DNA of 64,000 nt. It comes from Mobula hypostoma (taxonomy: Eukaryota). The DNA lies in assembly GCF_963921235.1 (NCBI RefSeq), contig NC_086109.1, positions 37,636,001 to 37,700,000 of the forward strand, in the 5' to 3' direction. The notes under the pieces were generated by a model, which did no database searches, was not told the DNA's origin, and worked only from the letters and a program-made list of their open reading frames with translations. A program made the translations under genes and the position numbers. This document shows positions 1 through 13,032 of this stretch, piece after piece; the stretch's first letter is position 1, and every line of letters starts with the position of its first letter.

Positions 1-285
1 ATGTTTCTCAACAGAAATGTTAAATACTAGAGAACGTAGCTTCATGGTAAGAGGGGAAATATTTAAAGGAGATGTACAGGGTAGAAGTTTTTAAACAGTG
101 GACGATTGATTCCATTGCCAGGGACGGGAGTGGAAGCAGATGCAATAGTGGCAATTCGATAAGCAAATGAACATTGATTGAATTGAGGATTATGGATTAC
201 ATGCAGGCACATGGGTTTAATGTGGTATCATGGTCAGCACTGATGTCATAGGCCGAAAGGCCTGTTCCTGTACTGTACTGTTCTA
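1..285 (+). mobile_element. Old CR1 LINE 3'-end fragment
   Basis: Degenerate TRGHxFKVRGxKFKGD-coding segment and GGCCGAAAGGCCTGTTCCTGTACTGT tail. Confidence 0.7.
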
Positions 286-437
286 CGAGCTAATATCCTA
301 ATGTTCCAGCTCCACAAATATCATTACTTGTCCCCATTCCCTCGTTTGGAAGCATTCACATACATTTTGTTAACCCAGAAAATCATTGGGGTGAGAGGCA
401 GTGAATTAGGCACAGCATGGAAAAGCATCTGGTTTAT

Positions 438-2884
438 ATATAGAACATAGAACATAGAACATAGAATAGTACAGCACAGTACAGGCCTTTTGGCCCACAA
501 TGTTGTGCTGACCCTCAAACCCTGCCTCTCATATAAGCTCCCACCTTAGATTCCTCCATATACCTGTCTGGTAGTTTCTTAAACTTCACTAGTGTATCTG
601 CCTCCACCACTGACACAGGCAGTGCATTCCATGCACCAACCACTCTCTGAGTAAAAAACCTTCCTCTAATATCCCCCTTGAACTTCCCACCCCTTACCTT
701 AAAGCCATGTCCTCTTGTATTGAGAAGTGGTGCCCTGGGGAAGAGGCACTGGCTATCCACTGTATCTATTCCTCTTATTATCTTGTACACCTCTATCAAG
801 TCTCCTCTCATCCTCCTTCTCTCCAAAGAGTAAAGCCCTAGCTCCCTTAATCTCTGATCATAATGCATATTTTCTAAACCAGGCAGCATCCTGGTAAATC
901 TCCTCTGTACCCTTTCCAATGCTTCCACATCCTGCCTATAGTGAGGTGACCAGAACTGGACACAGTACTCCAAGTGTGGCCTAACCAGAGTTTTATAGAG
1001 CTGCATCATTACATCGCGACTCTTAAACTCTATCCCTCGACTTATGAAAGCTAACATCCCATAAGCTTTCTTAACTACCCTATTCACCTGTGAGACAACT
1101 TTCAAGGATCTGTGGACATGTATCCCGAGATCCCTCTACTCCTCCACACTACCAAGTATCCTGCCATTTACTTTGTACTCTGCCTTGGAGTTTGTCCTTC
1201 CAAAGTGTACCACCTCACACTTCTCCGGGTTGAACTCCATCTGCCACTTCTCAGCCCACTTCTGCATCCTATCAATGTCTCCCTGAAATCTTTGACAGTC
1301 CTCTACACTATCTACAACACCACCAACCTTTGTGTCGTCTGAAAACTTGCCAACCCACCCTTCTACCCACACATACAGGTCGTTAATAAAAATCACGAAA
1401 AGTAGAGGTCCCAGAACAGATCCTTGTGGGACACCACTAGTCACAATCCTCCAATCTGAATGTACTCCCTCCACCACCACCCTCTGCTTTCTGCAGGCAA
1501 GCCAATTCTGAATCCACCTGGCCAAACTTCCCTGGATCCCATGCCTTCTAACTTTCTGAATAAGCTACCGTGTGGAACCTTGTCAAATGCCTTACTAAAA
1601 TCCATATAGATCACATCCACTGCACTACCCTCATCTATATGCCTGGTCACCTCCTCAAAGAACTCTATCAGGCTTGTTAGGCACAATCTGCCCTTCACAA
1701 AGCCATGCTGACTGTCCCTGATCAGACCATGATTCTCTAAATGCCTATAGATCCTATCTCTAAGAATCTTTTCCAACAGCTTTCCCACCACAGATGTAAG
1801 GCTCACTGGTCTATAATTACCCGGACTATGCCTACTACCTTTTTTGAACAAGGGAACAACATTCGCCTCCCTCCAATCCTCTGGTACCATTCCCGTGGAC
1901 AACGAGGACATAAAGATCCTAGCCAGAGGCTCAGCAATCTCTTCTCTCGCGTCATGGAGCAGCCTGGGGAATATTCCGTCAGGCCCCGGGGACTTATCTG
2001 TCCTAATGTATTTTAACAACTCCAACACCTCCTCTCCCTTAATATCAACATGCTCCAGAACATCAACCTCACTCATATTGTCCTCACCATCATCAAGTTC
2101 CCTCTCATTGGTGAATATCGAAGAGAAGTATTCATTGAGGACCTCACTCACTTCCACAGCCTCCAGGCACATCTTCCCACCTTTATCTCTAATCGGTCCT
2201 ACCTTCACTCCTGTCATCCTTTTTTTCTTCACATAATTGAAGAATGCCTTGGGGTTTTCCTTTACCCTACTCGCCAAGGCCTTCTCATGCCCCCTTCTTG
2301 CTCTTCTCAGCCCCTTCTTAAGCTCCTTTCTTGCTTCCCTATATTCCTCAATAGACCCATTTGATCCTTGCTTCCTAAACCTCATGTATGCTGCCTTCTT
2401 CCACCTGACTAGATTTTCCACCTCACTTGTCACCCATGGTTCCCTCACTCTACCATTCTTTATCTTCCTCACCGGGACAAATTTATCCCTTACATCCCGC
2501 AGGAGATCTCTAAACATCGACCACATGTCCATAGTACATTTCCCTGCAAAAACATCATCCCAATTCACACCTGCAAGTTCTAGACTTATAGCCTCATAAT
2601 TTGCCTTTCCCCAATTAAAAATTTTCCTGTCCTCTTTGATTCTATCCTTTTCCATGATAATTATAAAGGCCAGGGATCGGTGGTCACTGTCCCCCAGATG
2701 CTCACCCACTGAGAGATCTGTGACCTGACCCGGTTCATTACCTAGTACTAGATCTAGTATGGCATTCCCCCTGGTCGGCCTGTCCACATACTGTGACAGG
2801 AATCCATCCTGGACACACTTAACAAACTCTGCCCCATCTAAACCCTTGGAATTAATCAGGTGCCAATCAATATTAGGGAAGTTA
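438..2884 (-). mobile_element. Young 5'-truncated CR1 LINE, ORF2 (end of endonuclease plus RT)
   Basis: ORFs 1441..2787, 1136..1525 and 515..1105 with KSPGPDG, NYRPVSL, DFSKAFDKV, GVPQGSVLGP, FSDD; one frameshift near 1555 and one in-frame stop at 1136; (TTCTATG)n tail. Confidence 0.95.
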
Positions 2885-5800
2885 TATGAGGTGACAAACT
2901 GACTACCGGTGAGAATAAAGTATGGAGACTACCACACACTACTTGATTACTAGTGGTAACCTTCTGGGAGAGACAGCTCAGACAGGAAGCTTTTCCAGGA
3001 AACAAAACTGGACACAACAGACCTGAAGGAGAAGGTATGAAATGTAAATTGTTGACATAATTGGGTGGCACAGGTCTTTAAACTCCAGCGAGAACGTATT
3101 ATAATCTCATGCCAATGTGGTCAACAAATAGCAGACTCTGCTGCTAAAAAGGAATCCCTCATTCTGATAACTACTTGCATTATGACTGCAACAATCAAAG
3201 AGCTGTCTTTCCAGCCTCTGGATTATCAAAGAAATAATTTTCATGTATTCATGCAAACAGCCAACAGGTGTTAGATCAATTTCTGAGTTTTATATGTTCT
3301 CTCATGAAGTTTATCTATACCTTCTGAAAAATGATATTTAGGATACAAATCGATAATGTGGTGGATGGTTTGAAATGGATGTGCACAATTAACAGCTGTA
3401 TTTTATTTGCAATGTACCTAACAACCTCCCCATTAGTATAAATTTTCCCCAGGTAAACCCTCCAACTAATGTCACCAAGGTAGAGCACGTATGTACAAAA
3501 TGACCTCCAGGTCCGTAAACGGAATTAATATCAGAAAAAGTCAGTGAGTTCTGTTGTGCAAAATATGTCTGTTGCTAATAAGCAATGTATGCATGTATGT
3601 ATAGCCTTTTATCCTAGCTACAAATTTAATCTATGACAGGCCTGAATTATACCATTCTGAACTTTGGCAACTATTTTGACCTCCAAGATACCTCCATTAC
3701 CAAGGTACCTTCTACTTCTCTATTCTGGGCTCTACTTATATTGTCTGCAACTCTCAATCCTATTGTCTTTTTCGAAAATGGAAACAATTATATTGCTTCT
3801 TCAAGTCTTTTGATGGATGGTTCTCTTTCAAAAAAAAGTCTTCAAATTTCACCTTTCTGCATCTTATTGTTCACACCACTGGCTTCTTCTTCCACAAGGA
3901 AAGTGGAACTTTGAATAATGTTGCCAACTGAAATTCTCACCAGCTGGGTGCTGCCAGAATACATGGATACAACAAAATAGTTCCAATGTTTTAGCAGCAA
4001 TTTATCACGTGTGATGTTTACTATCTGTGGTTGAACAATTCCTATTTTTGAATTGACTGGGGCTAGATGGTTATCCCTTACAGAGGAAATAGTGGCCATA
4101 TATGACTAGCAAAAAACCACAAAGTAATAGCAAGGGCGATGTGTAGATCATTAAACTGGAGACTGGATAATGCTAAGACTGCCGTACATAAATTGCTTCC
4201 ATCCGAATGCCACACACATGAAAAAATGAGGCACATCGCAAAACAACATCCATTTTAGATATAAGGTGTAGATGATAGTGCTACAAATTGAATCTGTCTA
4301 CCGGTGGGGCAATGGTATGGAGACCACACACTATTTGAATACCACTGGTAGCCTTCTGGGAGAGACCATTCAGACAGGAAACTTTTCCCGTAAACAAAAC
4401 TGGATACAACTCAATTAAAACAAGCTGGTGTTCTCATTTAGTTGTTTCAAATCTAAGGAGTAGAACGTATAGTGGTGTAATAATCAAATGGTTCAGTTAC
4501 AATACTAGCCAAGGTTAGATCAACTTAAAATAAGTTTCTCTTTCTTTTTTGGTTTACTGGATTTATTTGTAAATAACCTACAGGACAGAACTTTGCACAC
4601 TGAATATGAATGAAGGAAAAATTTCAAACAGATTAACTCTGTAAATACACTGCTCAGCAATTAGGTGGATTGTGTTACACATATGCAGTTTGTATTAATG
4701 TAACCCAATCCCAGGTTCAAGTGGAGTGCAAGACGCTGTCATAAAAAACGCTGAAGTAGTTTGTTATCAATGCAGGACCTAGCAGGTGGATTTACCTTTA
4801 TTTACTTTTTTAGTAGTTGGTCCATATCAACATTCAACAGATGATCTAATAGATGATTGACATTCTCAGAGCAAAACTTTGAACATCAAATGGAAGTCAG
4901 AAAAGGAAAAGGAAAATATTTACCTGCTGTTTTCTTCAGTCGTTATTAAGGTAGCTCTTCAGGTTCCATTGGACAATGTAAGGTGGAACAGGGTGCTTGT
5001 TTCAGGATAAATAATGAAGAAAGTGTTTCATAGGCTCTCTCCAACTTTTAAAGGCTGATTAAACTTTTCTAAATATTTGTATATAATTATTCCTTCTTTA
5101 TTTTTAGTAGTCCCTAAGGACTGAGGAGGCCTTCTGCTCCAGTCTTTCTTGGGATACTGAGGTAGATAATAAGATCAATGTAGGAACTGCCAAGGCTTCC
5201 ACAGTTTCAGTAGGAGGTGACTAATGTGACCACAGCGTGGGTTGGTGTTGTGTGGGTGTGTTCCTTCTAACTACTTTCATGGGGATTCCGTGTGCTTGTA
5301 ATGTACAACCTTGAGATGATCAACATGATTTCAAATTTAGTCCTAAAGAAAGGTCCTGGCCTGAAACGTCAACTGTTTATTCATTTCCATAGATGCTGCC
5401 TGACCTGCTGAGTACCTCCAGCACTTTGTGTTGCTTTGAATACCCTGCTTTGAAAAGTCATTTGGATAGAAATTACCAAGAGCCAGTGGGATATTCAACA
5501 AATGGTCATTGGAAACAGAGGTAACACCACTGTTGATACATTTATTTGGAACGGTATTTTTTTGTCACAATGTATTCTGGCAATGTCAAGTGCAGAGAAA
5601 AGACAGATTCCATTGTAGAGATGGCGACCAGAGTTTATTCATAGGAATTCCAGCAAAACATTCATGGCCGAGCCGAACGACACCGCATGATGTAACATTC
5701 TCAAAGCTGGGACCCCACAATTAGTGCTAATTGGGTGTCTGCTAAACCAATGCAAGTGATATAGAATCCCTGAGTCTATCAAAATAAACTTAACAAGTTT

Positions 5801-8800
5801 AAACAGAAAGCACCAGGAGACCGCATCATGAAGAGTGAGTCGCTGGAGAGAAAAAAACAGAAGGAACGCTAGACGATTAGTGGCTCTCGTTAAACAACAA
5901 TTAACCAATTCATGTGCTCTTAAAAAGCTCAGAGTCCAAAACTCTCCAGTTCCCCGCACAAACCAGAAGAGCTCATTACAGTTTTCATGTTCTGTGATTC
6001 AGTCTATTCCAAACAGCTGCACTGAGAGAACTTTGAGGAAACATGCTCTGGAAAGTTTGCAGTATTTCATTCATACTTTCACAAGCTTTATTTAATCAGT
6101 AGCCCTGTCCTTGCCCAACTTCATTTGCCTCAAGCTGTCAACTGTCATGCATTTGTATATAATTACATAGATATCAAAGGATGGAGTAATGCCATCTATG
6201 ATCATAGATTCTTTGATATCTATGTCATTATATAAAGGGAGAGTGATTAAACATAATGATTAAACGATATACATTGGCAGTTCTTTGCTGTGAATGTTTA
6301 TTCAATCTCCCTTTATTTGAATGTTCTACATGTTGTAATTATTGCTGTAGGTAGAACAAACTAAAACTCCTGCAGCATCTATTGTCTGTCATAGGAAACA
6401 TTACACCTGGTGGCAAGGAAAGGAAAGGTCTATCAAGTATCAGGAAAATAAGTCAGTGTTAAGAGTGGTGCTCTCAACTTATAAATCTCCATGGGTGTAG
6501 GATATACAAGAGCAGTGAGTAGACCCCTATATTAAGATATCTAATCAGCAGGTCAAATCTGCAATAACCACAACTGAGAAAATGTTTACACATATTATCC
6601 TCAGAAAGGGAAAGAAGTGTGCTGTACTTGTACATGGTTATTGTAAACAAGCCAGAGAACATGGTTGCATCATTGCCTATCCATACACATGAATTCATAA
6701 AGAATTCTTTGTTTTTGGTGTCAGAATAAGTACCATTAACTGAAGCTCCTAAGTCCTGTAAATATTATTATAAATAGAACTTCTCAGAATTTTAGTAGTG
6801 ACCAAAGTCCACTTTCAAATATCTTACACCCTCATTTTAACTTCAATTGCCTTGATTTAGTTTTTAAATTCCTTGATGTTTTCATTTCAGCTTCTTTACA
6901 TTTGTTTTGGTGTACACCTTCCACTCTACCTAATTGCCTGGAGTCTAATTATATGTCATCTACTTCCAAGCTGTTTAAACTCTTCCGAAACCATGTATCC
7001 TTAACATCTATTGTTGCGTTATTGACTGGGAATTTACTGTGAGCACATAGTCCAGGATTAGAGGCTATACAATTAATGCAAGAACAATAAGCAGCCACAT
7101 TTTGATGCAGCTTTAAGATCACAAAATAAGCTGAGTAAACAAAGACGGTTCTCTATGAAAGGAGTGAATGAAACATATCAGCAAATAACTGCAGGTGATG
7201 AAAATCTGAAATAAAATCAGGAATGCTGGAAACACTCAGCAGGCCAGACTGCACACAACAAAAATCACAGCCTGAAACATTATGAGTACACTTAATGGGT
7301 TGTCAATAAACTGCAATGTGTTATCCTTATGTCTCATAAATATAAAACACTATGTATTTGAGGTTTCGGAAGATTCTTCCATTTGATATCCCCTGTTGGT
7401 CTACTTGACTGAATAAAAGCCTGCTACAATATATCTGCAGTTGCAGGCTCTGAGTGGTGTTTTAATAGCACTACACAAATTGTCAGTTTTTTAGTTTGTG
7501 CTTTCCCTAAAAAGACATTGCTGACACCAGATGCTAGAAGTAGAACTGGGTTCTGTTTTCCTTTATCAACAGTTTTGGCTTCCCTACTTTCAAAAATTAA
7601 ACACATTGATTATTGCAACAGAAAATTCAGTAACCATTTTTATTCAGATTTGAGTAAATTGGTACTGAGTAAAGATGGAGGAACACCCATCCTTAGTTTC
7701 TCTCTCCACAGATGCTGTCTAATCTGATGATTGTTTCCAGCATTTTTAATTTTTATTTCCGATTTTCAGCACCTGCAACTTTCATCCCACAAATCTGTTG
7801 CTATTCATGTGTGAGCTGAGAGTTAGTGGTATTTTGACTTGAACAAGCATTGCAATTGAACCTGGACCCGCTTCAGCCCTCATCTGTCATTTACCTACAG
7901 TAGATAACAACAGAAATTTCAGATTAGTGATTGGAAGTCAGATCCCAGATCATGGTTAGAGCAGGGATCATTTATGGATTCCTCTTAGTTTATATAGATC
8001 AACTATTGATTGGAGAAACTTTCTGAGGCATCAAAGAGCCCCATGTGTTAAAATCTAGTATAATTCTTGTCTTTCCTACTTGTTGTACCCAAGTTCACTT
8101 ACTCAAACGGTTGGGGTTGCACCAACAACGAAAATTACCAGTGTTAGCTCCATAGGAGGCAAGGGTTTGCTATGGGTGATGAAAAACTGATGAATTGCCT
8201 GTTCCATGTCGGGGGAAATGCATTACTTTGCATATCATATCACTGAATACTGACAAACTTATTCCAGGTAGATCTGATGGATGCCACAACTGTGCAGCAA
8301 TGTGTGTGAAATTCATCACCAGAGAGCCACAAAGCCAGTCATCATATTATGTGAAATAACATAAAGCAGATAGTTAATAGTTTCTATTATTTTGACTGCT
8401 TAATACACCAGTGCAAGGAGAGAGCTATTTAACATTTATAGGATCAGATAATTTCAGTATTAGAGTTGGTTAAGCACTGTGCCACAGCAATCACAATGTT
8501 CCCAAAGGATCATCACCCTCAAGGGAAGTGTGTATCTGTCATGGATAGATCTGAAATACCACAGGGTTATGTTGCTGCATTTTTCTGCTGGAAGCATGCA
8601 ATAAAATTGCTCAATAAATTAGTAAAAAGTGATTAAAATGGCCAGGCACTGATTAACTTTACATCTGATGCAAAAACCTTGATAATGTCTCGTCATTACC
8701 CTCAATATTTCATTTTAAATATTTTTGAGAAGTAAATGTTGTCAATCAGATTAAAACTATTGTTGGCTTAAGGTGGCTTTATATATGTTCTGTGTGTGCA

Positions 8801-9174
8801 GAAATTAAGAAATTTGGGTTCCTTTCTCTTTTATCAAAATTGTCATTAGTGTGCTTTCAAAGGGGAAATCAGACATTTATTAATACAGGATTTCTGCTGT
8901 TGTTAACAAACTAAATTTATTCTTCTTATGAATTATTTTGAAATTAGATTAATGACAGGCAATTGAGCTGTTGTGGCAGATCTTTTATATTACATCCATG
9001 AGCATTGGTTGAGGAAGAATTATAACCGCTAAATATTACCAAATTATATTTTTGAAAAATGCCTTAAGTTTGCTTTTATCAAGAAACAATTGATCAATTG
9101 ATTTTTACTCCCTCCCCTCACCCGCCCCCCCCCCACCCGGGTCACCTGTGTTAGGGCACATTCTGGAGTTATGG

Positions 9175-9445
9175 TATACTTTATGCTTTATTGTCGCCAA
9201 ACAATTGATACTAGAACGTACAATCATCACAGCGATATTTGATTCTGCACTTCCCACTCCCTGGATTACAAATCAATAGTAAATATTAAAAATTTAAATT
9301 ATAAATCATAAATAGAAAATAGAAAAATGGGAAGTAAGGTAGTACAAAAAAACTGAGAGGCAGGTCCGGATATTTGGAGGGTACGGCCCAGATCCGGTTC
9401 AGGACTTATCACAGTTGGAAAGATGCTGTTTTCAAATCTTAATCA
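9175..9445 (-). mobile_element. LINE (Rex1/L2-type) 3'-tail fragment
   Basis: Tail starting tttattgtcgccaaacaattg resembles this repeat class; no coding remnant seen. Confidence 0.45.
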
Positions 9446-9909
9446 GAAACCAAGCTTCAGATCTGAATATGGATTGGAGGTTGAATTTAAAATGCAGCTC
9501 GGAACAATGGTATTCATGAAGCTGCATCTTGGAGTAAATTGCAGACCAGGAAACACCCAATTGACTGATATATGCCTGCATATACACGAATGCAATGAAC
9601 ACCCTGGTAATACCTCAGACTCAGAAACCACAGTAATTAACATTCATTTTGGGTGCGTTGTTGGGAAGACTCAGGAATTTGAAAAAAAAACATGTAACTC
9701 AAAAGAAGCATTATGAGGGCATTGTAACTATTGAAATTGTCTGGTTACCATTGTTCTTAAGATATAAACATGTGCTATAATGCTGGGTTGGGGAATGTCT
9801 GTCTTTCCCTCTGTCTCTCTTGACTCCAGCAGCTGTCAGCTCATGTGTGTACTGAATAAAGACTTTTATATCTACCAGCTGCATCCCTCTGGTGACTTTA
9901 TTCACAGTC

Positions 9910-10225
9910 ACGACACCCTCTTCCTTGCCCTTCTCCTATGGTCCACTCTCCTCCCTTATCAGATTATTTCTTCTCGAGCCCTTGACTTTTCCCACCCACC
10001 TAGCTTCACCTATCCTCATCCAGTTTGCCTCTTTCCCCACCCCCACCTTTTTCCTTTTTATTCTGGCACCTTCCCAATTCCTTCTCAGTCCTGAAGAAAG
10101 GTCTTGGCCTGAAATGTCGGCAGTTTTTTCATTTCCATAGATGATGTCTGATATACTGAGTTCATCTAGCATTTTGTGTGTGTTGTTTTGGATTTTCAGC
10201 ATCTGCCGAATTTCTCATGTTTATG
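9910..10225 (+). mobile_element. Penelope-derived 3' repeat with pyrimidine-rich region and a degenerate hammerhead core (10087-10122)
   Basis: Homologous to the tail of the Penelope copy at 22700-23025. Confidence 0.75.
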
Positions 10226-10379
10226 TTTTTTAACATAGTGTCTTCCTTGTATTCTAGCCAGCAACAACAAGCATTCTCAAGAATACAGTTTGCTCCTAAT
10301 ATATTAATTTTTTGACTAGAAACAGGAAAGATCCTGAATGATAGAATGCTATGATATTAATCATGGTTTTAAGAGGCCA

Positions 10380-11468
10380 GCAATGATGTTGCTGAAAACT
10401 TTATTTTATCTCCGAGTGCCATAATGGTGGATAGCGCTTAGGCCTTGTTGTTGCTTGCTTTTAACTTTCTAGAATTAAACAAATCAATAAAGATGAGATC
10501 AAAAATAAATTGGAAAGATCTATGAATTCATGACCACAAAGCAGGTATAAGAAAAGAATGATTTACTTTGACATTAATTTGCTAAGTTTAGTCTCTTAAA
10601 AACAGAGTACAGTACATAAAATATGTACATCCAAATAACTCAATATTTTTACAACTAAGCAGTAAAAAGTAACATTTTTGTCAGTAAAGCGATATATAGT
10701 GTACTAGTAAGAGGTAGTTTTACTATACATCATCTGTTCAGCGGTCCAATTATATGAAAAAGAAGGATTTATAAAGGTCTCTATGGAGAAAGTTTTCTAT
10801 TGCAATAAATATATTTCTATTGTTCATTTAACATTTACTTCTACAAAGATACCAAAATATAAAAATTCAGCATTTTAAAGCCATCATGTACTCATGCTTT
10901 TTTATCGGAAAATAATATGAGATGAACAATTTAACTATTTACCCTTTGCTTGGGTAATTTGTCATATTAATAATGTAAAAATATAATGTAGATTGTACAT
11001 AACATTATATTGTCATATAACTCAGCAAGCTGCCAATAGGTTCCATGCACGTTTTCAACATAGAATGCATTTACATTGGTTCATTAGGACTCCCATGATT
11101 CAAGTGCTAATAGATTTTCCCTTTAATTAATTTAGTAATGAGAAAGGAACTATTTCTTAACATCTTGCAATGACTTTTTTAAGCCTGCAGTATGTGGTTC
11201 ATTGGTTTCTGGCTGCAATGTGCAGTTAATAGTTCACATACTGTATAGTAGCCAAAAACCACTTGAAGACCAGTATACGTCTGTAACTAACTCCTGCCTA
11301 TCCATTACTTAACTAAATTTAAGACATTGCTCTTTGTTGACTAATTTTTGCAGATGATTGCGATATCATAATCTTGTTTTGTCATCTAGTGTTCTCTTAA
11401 TCAGTTCTTTATATCATCATGTGATTCCCAACAGTTGTAGCTCTCTTGGGATTATGGCATCCCAGCAT
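10380..11468 (-). promoter_or_regulatory. Probable LGR6 3' UTR with candidate poly(A) signals (AATAAA 10405-10400; AGTAAA near 10562-10567) and a Pumilio-type TGTACATA (10629-10622)
   Basis: AT-rich stretch with no recognisable repeat after the stop codon; motifs read directly; true 3' end unknown. Confidence 0.45.
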
Positions 11469-12721
11469 TTATACATTCGATGTAAAGGAAGGTCCTTTGG
11501 TTGGATAGAATCTGATTGGAATGTTGTTAGGTGCTTGCGCTGTGATTTCTGAAGAAATTAGAAGCTCTTCATCAGTGAGATGGGATTGTTGTGTTGAGTA
11601 ACCTTCTTCTTTGCCTTTCATCTGTTGACATGGAATTAGAGTTACAGGTGGAAAGGGATAGGCCTCCATCATCTGACGATGACTTGACAGGACCCCAAGG
11701 CTTTCGTTTGAATCAAGGATGATTTCATTATCTGCAAAGGTCATCAGTGCCAGAGTGGAATCGCATGACTGCTTGTCGATGTCTTCTGAACTGAGGGAAT
11801 CTATGCTGACTGGTTTCGATTGGCACTTTTTTTGCCACTTGCACTCACGGAGCATGCGAAGATCCTCTTTGAAATGTGGATTGAATAACAGATAAAGCAA
11901 GGGGTTTAGGCAAGCAGGCAGTGGAAGAACCACAAGTAGGATTGATTTAATTACTTCCGGACTGATTAAGAAAAGATTGAGCAAGGAAGAGAATGTAAGG
12001 AAGGCTACAGGGCAATATAGAATGCAGTTGGTGAAGATCAACCAAGCCACGTGCTTAATCATGGCACAGTCCCAGATGCTATCAAATTCCCCTTTCATCA
12101 GATCACAGTAAAGTTTAGTGTAAGTCCCAGTTATAACAAGGAAGCAAAGGGTATTCATCATGATCAGAGCTACCATGAAGCCCAGAGTAGAAGGCTTTCC
12201 ACCAGGGATAGGTGATGGGAGACAGAGTGGTGAGGTTCCAAATTCTCCAACTGAGCATAGAGGCAGTGCAGCTGCACTGAATGATAGGATTGTGCAACAA
12301 AAGGCAGCTACTTTCACACTGCCGAAAGATGGTGATTTCCCATACGCACGGACACAAGACACTGAGATACTGCACTGAACAGCTGCAAGAGTCAGGAATA
12401 GTATCGATGCTTCTGAGGCAAATACAGATACAAATCCAGTGATTCTGCATCCCAATCCAGTTTCCCATTTTGCACCATGTTTTGCAAATTGTCCAAAAGT
12501 CATTGCGTCAACAATTGCTAATGTGCCGCTATACAACCCTGTTAACATGTTGGCTCCTGCTATCAAGCCAATAACAAATTTCACTGGAGATAGATAGCTA
12601 GGTGATGCAAATATAGTTGTGATGACTAGTCCGTTGCAAACTACAGAGATAAGGACTATTCCCCAAACTCCAAGACGAATTATCCAGCTTTCAAACAGAT
12701 ATTCACATGGATTAAATGGAC
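11469..12721 (-). CDS. LGR6: LGR6 terminal coding exon: [13 protein letters not shown], seven-transmembrane domain and cytoplasmic tail ending ...PSFTSNV*
   Basis: ttgttacag|GT acceptor; contains ORF 11469..12584; LGR6-type motifs [55 protein letters not shown]. Confidence 0.97.
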
Positions 12722-12951
12722 CTGTAACAATTTAAAAATACATATCACATTAGAATACAGAAATATCAATATGTAATTCCAATGACTTATTTTGTATCAT
12801 TTTAGCTGTGAAAGTTTTTATTTACATAGCATAATAAGGTTATAGATGCTTGACATTTTATATCTGAAATGGGATTAAATGCTTAATTTTGCAAAGCATG
12901 TTATTGTGATTTACGTATTCGATTCACTTAGTGAATATTTTGTCAACTGAC

Positions 12952-13032
12952 CTGGATCAGGTGTACACTGAATACTGAGATGCAGTTTGGGATCTTCCAT
13001 ATCAAACTGAAAACCATCCATATGCAAGTAAT
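12952..13032 (-). CDS. LGR6: LGR6 exon 17, 81 nt, YYLHMDGFQFDMEDPKLHLSIQCTPDP
   Basis: atacatag|AT...G|gtcagt; phase 1-1; joins in frame to GPFNPCE. Confidence 0.9.

Noticed and set aside
1112..2599. Plus-strand ORFs over the CR1 element
   Set aside because: Antisense shadows of CR1 ORF2
2900..10300. Exons of a neighbouring gene (UBE2T flanks LGR6 in mammals, from recall)
   Set aside because: No UBC-domain or other convincing coding exon found by eye; very short exons cannot be excluded
11469..12721. Assignment as LGR4 or LGR5
   Set aside because: [30 protein letters not shown] and [11 protein letters not shown] match recalled LGR6 rather than its paralogues
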